A stretch of 64,000 bases of DNA from an uncultured Bacilli bacterium (GTDB taxonomy: Bacteria > Bacillota_I > Bacilli_A > RF39 > UBA660). The DNA is taken from the NCBI GenBank assembly GCA_944331865.1, contig CALVIZ010000001.1:18766-82765 (forward strand). Direction: 5' to 3'. Positions 48,922 through 58,728 of the stretch are shown piece after piece. The stretch's first letter is position 1. Each line of letters starts with the position of its first letter. The notes beneath the pieces are model-generated. The model saw only the letters and a program-made list of their open reading frames with translations. It had not been told where the DNA came from and did not search any database. The position numbers were made by a program, and so were the translations under genes.

Positions 48922-50271
48922 TTATTTATTTTTACCATTTATTTTAGGAATCTCTATTATACTACTCATTGCTTGACACATATTATATTTACTTAAATTG
49001 CCATCTCTTTTTAAAGTTTGGAAAATATCGACTAATTCTTCTTTATAAATTTTAATTAGATTATATATTTCATTACAACCATTATTTTGTTCAACTTGTT
49101 GCAATAATTCATTTCTAGACATTCCTACATAAGACATTAATGAATGAAAAGCTATATAATTTTTATCAGTTTCTGATAAATTACTTTTATATTTCATAAT
49201 ATCTATATAATATATTGGCAAATTCATTTCTGAAGAAAGCATTATAGCATCTTGATAATCGATATTTAAATCACTTTCTCCCAGTCCTATAACCACTATT
49301 GCACAAGGTTTAGCATTAACAAGCACCTCATTATAGCAACTAGATGAATATATATCTTCACCATTTTTAATTGCCCTTGCTTTACCAATTTTTTCTAAAG
49401 CTTGTGGTGTAACGAGAATAGTTCCTTTTTCTTTATTAACTGATCCTTCTCCAAAAACATTAGAACCAAGATCATATGCACTAGCCATAATTATGTCTGA
49501 ATTACTTGGATAAATAAATCCAATTTTTCTAGTTTCATCCCCATAAGTTGCTATAAAATTAGAACTAATCATACTGCATGAGGATTGATTAGGACGATTT
49601 ATTAACCGTATAGCGCCATCTCTTAAAGTACCACCCGAAATATTTGAAAATAAAAATCTAAAATTATTATTTTCATTTATTTCATTTGTCAATGACCTTG
49701 CCCAAATAGAATTTATAATTTCTTTATATTTTAATTCAAGTATTTTAATATTTGCAATACCCATATTCAGACTTATACAATCAACTATTATACTATTTAT
49801 TTGATTATCACCAATTAAGGCTCTATATTCAGTATTAGTAATCAAAGATTTTAAAGATTCAACTGCAAGATATAATCCTTCTTTACCTTGAATTCCTTCA
49901 TAATTGTTTTTTATAAAATCAACATCGACAATTTTACTTAAAACACTATTATATAAATTTATAATACGATTAAATTTGGTAATTATTTCATTATCACTTA
50001 AATCAATACCATCGATTTCATTTTTTAAATTTTCCAATTCAGGAATGCTATTAATTACAATACTTTCAAAACCATATTTTAATCTAATAATTCCAATTAA
50101 AGCTACTAACCTATCATAAAGCAATTTTAAATTTGTATCGGAAGCATTTTTTATTGCATTTTCAATAGAATATATATAGTCCATGTCTTTATCTAAATTT
50201 TCATTACTATTATATTTCCATGTTTCTTTTTCAAAATTAAAAATTAAATCTAACAAATCTTTTTTCAACAT
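48922..50271 (-). CDS. hypothetical protein, no recognisable family
   Basis: 449 aa and soluble. Helical N-terminal half and a mixed alpha/beta C-terminal half. No motif I can assign. Confidence 0.5.
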   Translation of the reverse strand: MLKKDLLDLIFNFEKETWKYNSNENLDKDMDYIYSIENAIKNASDTNLKLLYDRLVALIGIIRLKYGFESIVINSIPELENLKNEIDGIDLSDNEIITKFNRIINLYNSVLSKIVDVDFIKNNYEGIQGKEGLYLAVESLKSLITNTEYRALIGDNQINSIIVDCISLNMGIANIKILELKYKEIINSIWARSLTNEINENNNFRFLFSNISGGTLRDGAIRLINRPNQSSCSMISSNFIATYGDETRKIGFIYPSNSDIIMASAYDLGSNVFGEGSVNKEKGTILVTPQALEKIGKARAIKNGEDIYSSSCYNEVLVNAKPCAIVVIGLGESDLNIDYQDAIMLSSEMNLPIYYIDIMKYKSNLSETDKNYIAFHSLMSYVGMSRNELLQQVEQNNGCNEIYNLIKIYKEELVDIFQTLKRDGNLSKYNMCQAMSSIIEIPKINGKNK

Positions 50272-50303
50272 TATTATGCACTTCCTTTTTAATATAAATT
50301 ACA

Positions 50304-52511
50304 CTATTTTAAAACTTCAATTAAAATTTTACTTAAAGCACTACTTCCTTTATCACTTAAATGCAATCCATCTAATATTAAATAATTTTTATTATCTTTA
50401 ATTTGTTCATAAAAGTTTATAATTTCTACATTTTCATTATTTAAGTCGCCCAATTTATTCATTGTACTTTCCTTTGTTACTACAATATATACTTGCCTAT
50501 CCTGACATAATTCTATTAATTTTTGATAATCTTTTAAACTTAAATTAATAGTTTCAAAAGATAAAACCACTTTATTTCCTAAATTGTTATTTTTTATTGC
50601 TTCACTTAATAAATTATATATTTTATCAAAATCAAAGTCATTATCTAAAACAAATTGAACATTAGGCACACTATCTTCAATTTCATCTAAAGCATTTACT
50701 AAAATATCATCACTATAAAAATTAATTTTATTATTAACATAATTATTAGTAATTTCTTCTTTTTTATTATTATATTTTTCTAAATATAATTGATATATAG
50801 CATCATAAATTACTTTGGTATATGCTTTTCTTCCAGGAATGGTTAGATGAATTCCATCAGCATAAAAGTATTCATCATGTCCTTCAGAAATTTTATTCCA
50901 ATCAATAACATGAACATTTTCATATTTTATTGACAAATCTTGCAATTTTTGATTAACATGAACATTTTCATCATTAGTAACATTAACCCAAAATATGTCT
51001 CTATCTCCCGCAGATTTAATTATTTCATCTTTACAAGATGAAGAACAATCACCATTAGCACCTAAATTTAGGACGATTACATCTCCAAGCATATTTTTAT
51101 TATTTAAGTCATTTAAAATATCTATTGCAGTTTTCATTGCTCTAGAAACTTTAGCATCAAAATAACCATTAGGAAATTGATCATATAAATTATTTACGGC
51201 CCCAAGCATAACAGAATCTCCGATTCCAACAACAGATAAATTACTTACAGTTGAATCTAAATTATTTAAAATTTCATCTATTTCACCAATATTCATTACA
51301 TACTCTTCATGTTGATCTTTAACCTTTTGTTCATATTCTTTTTGTTTTTCTTCCATAGTTTTTTCATTTTTATTTAATAATTCTTCTAATTGTTGCATTT
51401 GTTTAATATATTCTCTTGCTTTTTCAAATTTATAAAAACCAAACATTGAAATTATAATAAAAATTACTAATAATATAACTTTAAATATATTTTTTCTTTC
51501 TTTATCAAACTTTAAACTAAAATTAAGTAAATAAGATAATACTAACGTAATAATAACAATAATTATTACTTTTAAAATATTATTTATATAAACATATTGA
51601 AATAAATATATTACTGGATATTGAATTAAATATATTTCATAACTAATATTTGCTAAAGATTTTACAATTTTATCAAATACATTTAATTTTTTATTTATTA
51701 AAATTACTACATTAATTAATAAACATGTAATTAAACTTACTACAATCATACTTATAGCAAAATATGGTGAATTAGAATCAATAAAAATAAATAAAACTAA
51801 TAATATTAAAATACAAATTCCAAATATTATTTTATATAATAAAGCTTTTTTATCTTTTAATAATGGTTTGTAATATGAATGGATTACTCCTAAAGCTAAA
51901 CCAAAAAACAAGGAAAACAATCTACTAAAAGTTCCATAATAAACACTCATCATATCTTGATTTTTACTAGCAACATAAAAATACACACCAAAAATAATTG
52001 CTAAAGCTAAAGAAATAAACAAAGGAATAGATTTTTTTATTTTTTTACCTATTTTTCTTAAGCCGATATAAATAAAAGGAAATATCAAATAAAATTGAAA
52101 AAGAATAGAAATATACCATAAATGAATAAAAGGTGAATTTAACTGTTTTGTAAAATAATCTAAATTAGCATGTAATTGCCAAAAATTATTATAACCAAAT
52201 AAAATCGAAATAGTTTCTGGTCTTAAATTTACCCAATGAACATTTGGAATTAAGGATACTACGGCGATAGTTACAAAAACAAATAATAATAAAGGAATAT
52301 AAACTTTTTTTAATTTTTTACCAAAATAGGATTTAACTGAAAAATATTTTTCACTAAATGCAGATTTCCAAGCAAGATATCCACTTAAAACAAAAAACAT
52401 GCATACTGCAAGATATCCACCTTTTAAAAGTCCTAAATGATATAAAAATATAGCAATACATGCTATAACCCTAATATAATCAATACCTGTACAATACTTC
52501 TTATCTTTCAT
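50304..52511 (-). CDS. OatA-like O-acetyltransferase: acyltransferase-3 membrane domain + SGNH domain + second degenerate SGNH-like domain
   Basis: 735 aa. 'IDYIRVIACIAIFLYHL..GGYLAVCMFFVLSGYL' (AT3), 'VVGIGDSVMLGA' (GDS block) and 'ADGIHLTIPGRKAY' (block V). A second 'LDGLHLSDKGSSAL' at the extreme C-terminus has no matching GDS block. Confidence 0.75.
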   Translation of the reverse strand: MKDKKYCTGIDYIRVIACIAIFLYHLGLLKGGYLAVCMFFVLSGYLAWKSAFSEKYFSVKSYFGKKLKKVYIPLLLFVFVTIAVVSLIPNVHWVNLRPETISILFGYNNFWQLHANLDYFTKQLNSPFIHLWYISILFQFYLIFPFIYIGLRKIGKKIKKSIPLFISLALAIIFGVYFYVASKNQDMMSVYYGTFSRLFSLFFGLALGVIHSYYKPLLKDKKALLYKIIFGICILILLVLFIFIDSNSPYFAISMIVVSLITCLLINVVILINKKLNVFDKIVKSLANISYEIYLIQYPVIYLFQYVYINNILKVIIIVIITLVLSYLLNFSLKFDKERKNIFKVILLVIFIIISMFGFYKFEKAREYIKQMQQLEELLNKNEKTMEEKQKEYEQKVKDQHEEYVMNIGEIDEILNNLDSTVSNLSVVGIGDSVMLGAVNNLYDQFPNGYFDAKVSRAMKTAIDILNDLNNKNMLGDVIVLNLGANGDCSSSCKDEIIKSAGDRDIFWVNVTNDENVHVNQKLQDLSIKYENVHVIDWNKISEGHDEYFYADGIHLTIPGRKAYTKVIYDAIYQLYLEKYNNKKEEITNNYVNNKINFYSDDILVNALDEIEDSVPNVQFVLDNDFDFDKIYNLLSEAIKNNNLGNKVVLSFETINLSLKDYQKLIELCQDRQVYIVVTKESTMNKLGDLNNENVEIINFYEQIKDNKNYLILDGLHLSDKGSSALSKILIEVLK

Positions 52512-52600
52512 ACTAACACCCTAATTGCTATTATGAAACTATAATATCATAATAAATTTCATTTGACAACCATTTGGGAAAAAAAATAATATACAAGTTT

Positions 52601-53647
52601 TTATAATATAATCCAAAATCCGTTCTTTTTACCATTTTTTCTAGTAATTAACCCTTTATTTTGCATTTCAGTCATTCTTGTTTTTACTGTTCTTAAAGAT
52701 TTATTAATAATCCCCGCAATTTCTTCTTGAGTAATCGAAGGATTGTTTTTTATTATATTAATAATAGCTTGTTCTTCTAAAGTATACTTGATATTTTCAT
52801 TATTTTCTTCTGTTTGATTTTTATAATCAACATGAGTATATCTATTTTTTAGTTCATAATTGGTATCCGTTAAAAGATTATAAAAGAATTTTTCTAAAAA
52901 TGATATATCTTCAAATACATTTTTTTCATAATTTTTATAATTAGCTCTAACTAATGAATTTCTAAAATACCATGAATGTTTAGCAAAAGCATCATCATTA
53001 ATATCAAAACCAAATGTTTTTAAATATTTAATAATAAATACTGCAACAGAGCGAGTATTACCTTCACAAAAAGGATGAATTTGCCATATGTTAGAAGTAA
53101 ATTTACATAAATGTTTTATCGCTTCATCGAGAGTTTTATCTTTATATGAATATTCTTTTTCCTCATCAAAATCATATTTTAAAGCTGCTTCAATTGTTTC
53201 AAAAGATGCATAAGTAACTGTATCACCATTTAAAACCCATTCGTTTTTTATAAAGTTATAATCTCTTATTTTTCCAGCATCCTTAAAGATTCCTGAAAAT
53301 AATCTTTTGTGAATATTAATTAATTCAGTTGGATTAAATGTAAAAGATTTTTCACTTAATAATTCGATAATTCTTACAGAAACTTTATCGGCTTCTTCAC
53401 TAGCCTCTTCAAGTGTTCTATTATCTAATACTTTATAATATTGATTAATTCTTTTTTCTGCTTCTTTTAAATCAATATTACCTTCAATATGTTCTTTGGC
53501 GGTTTCAATTAAATATTTCGATGGTTTTAATCCATCAACATCTTGAAGGCCAATAGCAATTTCCCAATTTTTAGCTTTCTCTACAGTATTATCTTCAGAA
53601 CTTTTTATATATTCTGATAATTCTAAATTCCATTTTTCTTTTTCCAT
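52601..53647 (-). CDS. Fic-family protein with N-terminal VbhA-like segment and C-terminal winged HTH
   Basis: 348 aa. Fic motif 'HPFCEGNTRSVA'. N-terminal 'WEIAIGLQDVDGLKPSKYLIE..' aligns to the VbhA antitoxin motif region. C-terminal 'ITQEEIAGIINKSLRTVKTRMTEMQNKGLI'. Confidence 0.75.
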   Translation of the reverse strand: MEKEKWNLELSEYIKSSEDNTVEKAKNWEIAIGLQDVDGLKPSKYLIETAKEHIEGNIDLKEAEKRINQYYKVLDNRTLEEASEEADKVSVRIIELLSEKSFTFNPTELINIHKRLFSGIFKDAGKIRDYNFIKNEWVLNGDTVTYASFETIEAALKYDFDEEKEYSYKDKTLDEAIKHLCKFTSNIWQIHPFCEGNTRSVAVFIIKYLKTFGFDINDDAFAKHSWYFRNSLVRANYKNYEKNVFEDISFLEKFFYNLLTDTNYELKNRYTHVDYKNQTEENNENIKYTLEEQAIINIIKNNPSITQEEIAGIINKSLRTVKTRMTEMQNKGLITRKNGKKNGFWIIL

Positions 53648-53695
53648 TTCAATACCTCTTACTACTATATTATATCATTAATTTTATTATAAAAC

Positions 53696-53747
53696 AATTT
53701 AAAGTGCAAAATTTGCACTTTAAATTTAAATAATTGCACTTTAAATT
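53696..53747. promoter_or_regulatory. three copies of a 14-nt motif TTGCACTTTAAATT (one inverted, two direct) upstream of the Fic gene
   Basis: AATTTAAAGTGCAA at 53696-53709, then TTGCACTTTAAATT at 53713-53726 and 53734-53747. The first two form a palindrome. The array lies 49-100 nt upstream of the Fic ATG. Confidence 0.5.
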
Positions 53748-53991
53748 AGATATTATCATTTCTAATAGTTTCAATGATATTTTGTTTATTTATTTTCTTA
53801 ACAGAGAAATGCATTATTATACTTATTAGTAAGAACACTACAATACTAGCTATAATAATAGACTCCCAAGGTATAATGTAACCTAAATCATTGCCGACTT
53901 CAAAAGCTTTATAAATTAGAATTGAACCAATTATACCTAAAGGTATACCAATAACTAATGATTTAGTTCCATAAAATAAACTTTCTATTTT
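53746..53991 (-). pseudogene. 3' remnant of an FtsX-family ABC transporter permease gene
   Basis: Open frame with no start codon: '..IESLFYGTKSLVIGIPLGIIGSILIYKAFEVGNDLGYIIPWESIIIASIVVFLLISIIMHFSVKKINKQNIIETIRNDNI*'. This is the typical last two TM helices and 'IIE.IR.ENI' ending of FtsX permeases. Confidence 0.5.
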
Positions 53992-54073
53992 TTATCCACC
54001 TTAATTATACCATGGCAAAAAAAAAGTAAAATTTTGTTCTTAAATTTAAATTACTTTACTTAAGTTTTTTACA

Positions 54074-54769
54074 CTAATTTAAATTATTTTTTTCTAAATA
54101 TTCATTTAAATAATTTATCCAATCTATTGCCCCTTCTTCTTCAAATAAGATATATAAAAAATTAACAATAAATTGATATCTTTTATTTGCTTCTTTTTTT
54201 CCTTCAGAAGTTAACATTAAATGCTTTAATTTTAAAACTTTTTCAAATATATGACAAACACTATTAGAACAATTATGCTTATATTCTTCACTAGTAATAT
54301 TTATATTAGGAAATACATTTTTATCAAAAAAAGGTTGATTATATTTTTTACTATAATTATAAGTTCTTAATATACCATTAACTCCCAAAAGATCACACAT
54401 ATCAGCATCAGATACAATTTTACTTTCTATAGTGCAAGGAACTATACCTTGCATTCTTTTACTAAAACCTATCTCCGATAGACCTTTTAAAACTTGTTTT
54501 TCATAATTCTTACTTATTTTATATTTATGCAATATTTTTTTAGCATTAGTTAAATTATTTGCATTATACCCACCAAAAAGTTTATAATCATCAATATCAT
54601 GTAATAAAGCAATTAATGCAACTATATCACTATTAACATCATAATTCTTCTGAAATTTCATTGCTAAATTAAGTACTCTATTTATATGATTAATATCATG
54701 ACCAGTATCATCATTTTTTAAGATTTCAAATACTTCATTTTTTACTTTTTCTAAATCAATTTTATTCAA
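54074..54769 (-). CDS. HD-domain metal-dependent phosphohydrolase
   Basis: 231 aa. 'GHDINHINRV' and 'ALLHDIDD' (H...HD...D). Confidence 0.75.
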   Translation of the reverse strand: MNKIDLEKVKNEVFEILKNDDTGHDINHINRVLNLAMKFQKNYDVNSDIVALIALLHDIDDYKLFGGYNANNLTNAKKILHKYKISKNYEKQVLKGLSEIGFSKRMQGIVPCTIESKIVSDADMCDLLGVNGILRTYNYSKKYNQPFFDKNVFPNINITSEEYKHNCSNSVCHIFEKVLKLKHLMLTSEGKKEANKRYQFIVNFLYILFEEEGAIDWINYLNEYLEKNNLN

Positions 54770-54784
54770 ATTAATTCCACCTTT

Positions 54785-55417
54785 TTAATTATCATATATC
54801 TTACATATTATATCTTTATTAATTAAATTTTTAAATTTAATAGCATCTTCTCTTGAACCAACAATTACTCCATAATGAATTGGCACAACCATTTTTGGTT
54901 TAATTTCATTTATTAACTCTGCAGCTTCTAAATAATTCATTGTATAAGTTCCTCCGATAGGAACAAATGCAACATCACATAAAACACTACTATTTTCAGG
55001 TGTTTTATCAGTATCACCAGCAATATAATAAGTAAAATTATTTATATTGATAATATAACCTATCCAATCATAACTTCTTAAATGAAAATTTTTATTTGTG
55101 TTATATGCAGGAATAGTATTAAAAGTTATATTTAATACTTCATATTGTTTGTTAGGTTTTACCATGATAACATTATTTATTTTAAATCCTAAATTTAAAA
55201 CACTTTCTTCTAAATCATAAGGTATTACGATAAAACTATCATCTTTCATTACTTTTTTAATATCTTCTTCCGAATAATGATCATAATGATTATGGGTAAT
55301 AAAGATTATATCAGCATCATTATAAAATTTATCTATTTTAAATGGATCAAAATAAATAACTAAATTATCACAAATTTTAATACAACTATGTTTTACAAAT
55401 TTTACATTATCTAACAT
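54785..55417 (-). CDS. MBL-fold metallo-hydrolase
   Basis: 210 aa. 'IIFITHNHYDHY' is the HxHxDH motif. Confidence 0.75.
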   Translation of the reverse strand: MLDNVKFVKHSCIKICDNLVIYFDPFKIDKFYNDADIIFITHNHYDHYSEEDIKKVMKDDSFIVIPYDLEESVLNLGFKINNVIMVKPNKQYEVLNITFNTIPAYNTNKNFHLRSYDWIGYIININNFTYYIAGDTDKTPENSSVLCDVAFVPIGGTYTMNYLEAAELINEIKPKMVVPIHYGVIVGSREDAIKFKNLINKDIICKIYDN

Positions 55418-55419
55418 TA

Positions 55420-56682
55420 TTAATTCTTCCCTTCTAAATATTTACTAATTCTTTCTGCTGCGTCAATCCCTGATCTAGCAGCAAATGCAACAGTACTTTT
55501 AATACCTGCAACATCTCCACCTACAAATACTTTTTCATCACTGGTTTGAAAATTATTAATTTTAATTTTACCATTATCTAGTAAATCTAAATTTAAAGAA
55601 TTAACTAAATTTAAATTAGGCATAGAACCTATTGCCTTAATAACATAATCACAATTTATTTCATAATTACTATTTATAATACTTTTAATACCTACATTAT
55701 CACCATCATTAACTAATTCATTTTTAATTAATTCGATGCTTTCTACTTTATCAGTACCTTTTATTGCAACAATACTACTTAAAAAAATGAATTTAACTCC
55801 TTCACTTTTTGCATTTTCGATTTCACTTTTTAAAGCTGGAGCATTATTTTCATCTCTACGATATATTACATATACTTTGCTCGCATTCATTCTTATAATT
55901 GTTCTTGATAAATCCATTGCAACATTTCCACAACCATATATTACAACTTTTTTATTATTAAAATCTGGATAGTTCTTATGCTCTAATAATTCATTTCCCC
56001 CATATACACCATTTAAATTTTCTCCTGAAATATTTAATTTTTTAGAAATATTAGTACCTATTCCTAAGAATATAGCATCATAATTATTTTTTAAATCATC
56101 TAAAGTAAAATCTATACCTAAACATTTATTATATTTTACTTCTATACCCATATTTAAAATATTATTTATTGTTTGTTTCAAAATATTTTTATCTAATCTA
56201 AAATCAGGTATACCATATGAAAGTAATCCACCTAAAGAGTTATATTTTTCAAAAATAGTAACTTTATAACCTTTTTTTCTTAAAAAAGCCGCACAGGAAA
56301 GTCCTGATGGTCCACCTCCAACTACAGCAACCTTTTTATCTTTATCAACAATATTACTTTTTATTGACCAATTATTTTCAATTGCTTGATCCCCAATAAA
56401 AGCTTCTAACATACCAATTTTCACCGATCTTGAAGCAATTTTCTTAACACATTTTCCTTCACATTGATTTTCATGAGGACAAATTCGTCCACAAACTGAT
56501 GGCAATACTGTAGTTTTCAACAATAAATCATAAGCATCTTTATATTTCTTTTCTCTTATTAAATCTATAAATCCTTCAGTGTCATTATTTAATGGACACC
56601 CTTCTTGACAGGGCTTAGCTAAACAATGGATGCAAAAGTTTGCTTCATTTAAAATTTCTATTTCTTTATTCATTTTCACCAC
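55420..56682 (-). CDS. GltD/PreT-like FAD/NAD(P)-dependent oxidoreductase with N-terminal Fe-S cluster motifs
   Basis: 420 aa. 'CIHCLAKPCQEGCP' and 'CGRICPHENQCEGKC'. Dinucleotide folds 'VAVVGGGPSGLSCA' and 'VVIYGCGNVAMD'. Confidence 0.75.
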   Translation of the reverse strand: MVKMNKEIEILNEANFCIHCLAKPCQEGCPLNNDTEGFIDLIREKKYKDAYDLLLKTTVLPSVCGRICPHENQCEGKCVKKIASRSVKIGMLEAFIGDQAIENNWSIKSNIVDKDKKVAVVGGGPSGLSCAAFLRKKGYKVTIFEKYNSLGGLLSYGIPDFRLDKNILKQTINNILNMGIEVKYNKCLGIDFTLDDLKNNYDAIFLGIGTNISKKLNISGENLNGVYGGNELLEHKNYPDFNNKKVVIYGCGNVAMDLSRTIIRMNASKVYVIYRRDENNAPALKSEIENAKSEGVKFIFLSSIVAIKGTDKVESIELIKNELVNDGDNVGIKSIINSNYEINCDYVIKAIGSMPNLNLVNSLNLDLLDNGKIKINNFQTSDEKVFVGGDVAGIKSTVAFAARSGIDAAERISKYLEGKN

Positions 56683-57187
56683 TTACATTTATCCAATTAC
56701 TTATAATATCATCAGTATTTAAAACATCGCTTCCCTTAATAACTAAAGCATCCATTATAGTTGCACCTTTACATAGTTCGTTTAAGTCATTAATAGAATT
56801 AGCTTGTTTACTTCCTTCATGAGTAACAAAAGGTTTTATAATTTTATCATTAAAATCAAGTCTTTCTAATAATGATACCAAAGGCATAGGAAAAGAACCA
56901 CACCAAATAGGATATCCAATATAAATAATACCATAATTAGATATATCACTTAAATAATTTTTTAAATCAGGATGAATATCATTACTTTTTTCTATTTGAG
57001 CAACCTTACAACATTCTCTATAATCATCAGGATAATCTTTTATTGTTTCTACTTTAAAAACTTGAGCATTAGTTAACTGTGCAATTTTTAAAGCAACAAC
57101 TTCGGTATTACCAACTTCTAAACTTTTTATTTCGCCATTTACATAATTTTGTCCAGCTTTTGAAAAATATATAACTAAACTTTGCAT
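56666..57187 (-). CDS. flavodoxin-family protein
   Basis: 173 aa. 'SLVIYFSKAGQN' N-terminus and 'GYPIWCGSFP'. Confidence 0.65.
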   Translation of the reverse strand: MQSLVIYFSKAGQNYVNGEIKSLEVGNTEVVALKIAQLTNAQVFKVETIKDYPDDYRECCKVAQIEKSNDIHPDLKNYLSDISNYGIIYIGYPIWCGSFPMPLVSLLERLDFNDKIIKPFVTHEGSKQANSINDLNELCKGATIMDALVIKGSDVLNTDDIISNWINVSGENE

Positions 57188-57315
57188 AATGCCTCCTTAT
57201 GTTTACAATATTATTTTAACACAATAAAAAAATATATACTATTATTAATAACAATTCTTCTATTTAATAGACAAAATATATATAATTTTGTATAATTATT
57301 ATGAAAGGAGACTAA

Positions 57316-57795
57316 ATGAAAAAAATACATTATATCATTATCATTTTACTTGGAGCATTTTTATTAAGTGGCTGTGAATCTCAAAAAGAATTTACCATTG
57401 ATGATTTAACAATTACTTTACCTAAAGAATTTGAACAAAAAGAAATGGATGGCTATCTTGCTTATTTAGAAAATAAAGAAGTTGGTATAACTTTTCTAGA
57501 AGAAACTTTTACTGATTTAGAAACAATTGGTTTAAATAAAGATTCAACTTTAGAAGATTATGCTAATGCCGTAAAGGAAAGTAACAATGCTAACTACGAA
57601 ATAAAAGAAGGAAATAATTATTTATATTTTATTTATGATAATACAGTTGATGAAACTGATTATCATTATATGAGTAATGTATTTAAAAGTGATGATGAAT
57701 TTTATTTAATAACTTTCTTTTGTTTTAAAGAAGATACTGAGAAATATGAATCTGAATTTATCAAATGGGCAGATTCAATTAAATTAAAAAAATAG
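57316..57795 (+). CDS. lipoprotein, unknown function
   Basis: 159 aa. Signal peptide with lipobox 'LLSGC'. RBS AAAGGAGA. Confidence 0.6.
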   Translation: MKKIHYIIIILLGAFLLSGCESQKEFTIDDLTITLPKEFEQKEMDGYLAYLENKEVGITFLEETFTDLETIGLNKDSTLEDYANAVKESNNANYEIKEGNNYLYFIYDNTVDETDYHYMSNVFKSDDEFYLITFFCFKEDTEKYESEFIKWADSIKLKK

Positions 57796-57815
57796 TGAGG
57801 TACACTATTTTTTTT
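57792..57815. terminator. hairpin terminator between convergent genes
   Basis: ATAGTG-5 nt-CACTAT followed by T7. Confidence 0.55.
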
Positions 57816-58728
57816 ATTTCAAAAATCCTTTAATAATTGCTTCTTCAGCCTCTTTTTTACTTAATCCCAAAGTCATTAATTTGATTAATTGGTCTCCAGC
57901 AATTTTACCGATACTTGCTTCATGAATTAAATTAGCATCTACATTTTTAGCAAAAATTTCTGGAATAGCTAAAACTTTTCCATTATCTTTAATTATAGCA
58001 TCACAAGATACATGAGCATAACACTTATTATTACCAATAATATTAGATTTAAATTCTTGATATGAATCTTCGGTAGCTATAGATCTCGAAGTTATTTTAG
58101 TACTTGCATTTTCACCATTTAATTCAACTAAAAATTCACTTTTCGCATTTTGAGAATTATTAGTAAATATTTTTTCATTAATAGTTAAAGTAGTATTATT
58201 ATCTAAATAAGCCTTTGTAACTCTTAGTGTATCATCTACTCCTTTAAATTGTGAAGAATCAATAGTCATACTTGAATTAGGTTTCATATATATCTCTGTA
58301 ACAGGATTTAAAGTCTTTTTACCACTACCTTTACCTTCTCCGTAATGCTTTTCAACATATTTAACTTTGGCATTTTCACTTAAGAAAAAACGATGAATTC
58401 CATCATGTTCACTATCTTTATGCAAATCATTATGAATTCCACAACCAGCAAGTATTATTACATTAGCATTTTTTCCAATATAAAAATCATTATAAACAAC
58501 ATCTTTTAAACCACTTTTAGTAATTATTACTGGAATATGCACTATACCAAATTTAGTATCATCCTTTATATAAACATTTATTCCATTTTTATCATTTTTT
58601 GTTTCTATATTTATATATGGAGATACTTTTCTATCAACTAATTTCCCATTACTTCTTATATTATAAGCATCACTTTTTTGATAATCACTAGCATCAATAA
58701 ATTTTAACATTTCTTCTGTTTTATTCAT
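57814..58728 (-). CDS. short SufB/SufD-family Fe-S assembly scaffold protein
   Basis: 304 aa. C-terminal 'LIHEASIGKIAGDQLIKLMTLGLSKKEAEEAIIKGFL' is typical of the SufB/D C-terminus. Confidence 0.7.
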   Translation of the reverse strand: MNKTEEMLKFIDASDYQKSDAYNIRSNGKLVDRKVSPYINIETKNDKNGINVYIKDDTKFGIVHIPVIITKSGLKDVVYNDFYIGKNANVIILAGCGIHNDLHKDSEHDGIHRFFLSENAKVKYVEKHYGEGKGSGKKTLNPVTEIYMKPNSSMTIDSSQFKGVDDTLRVTKAYLDNNTTLTINEKIFTNNSQNAKSEFLVELNGENASTKITSRSIATEDSYQEFKSNIIGNNKCYAHVSCDAIIKDNGKVLAIPEIFAKNVDANLIHEASIGKIAGDQLIKLMTLGLSKKEAEEAIIKGFLK

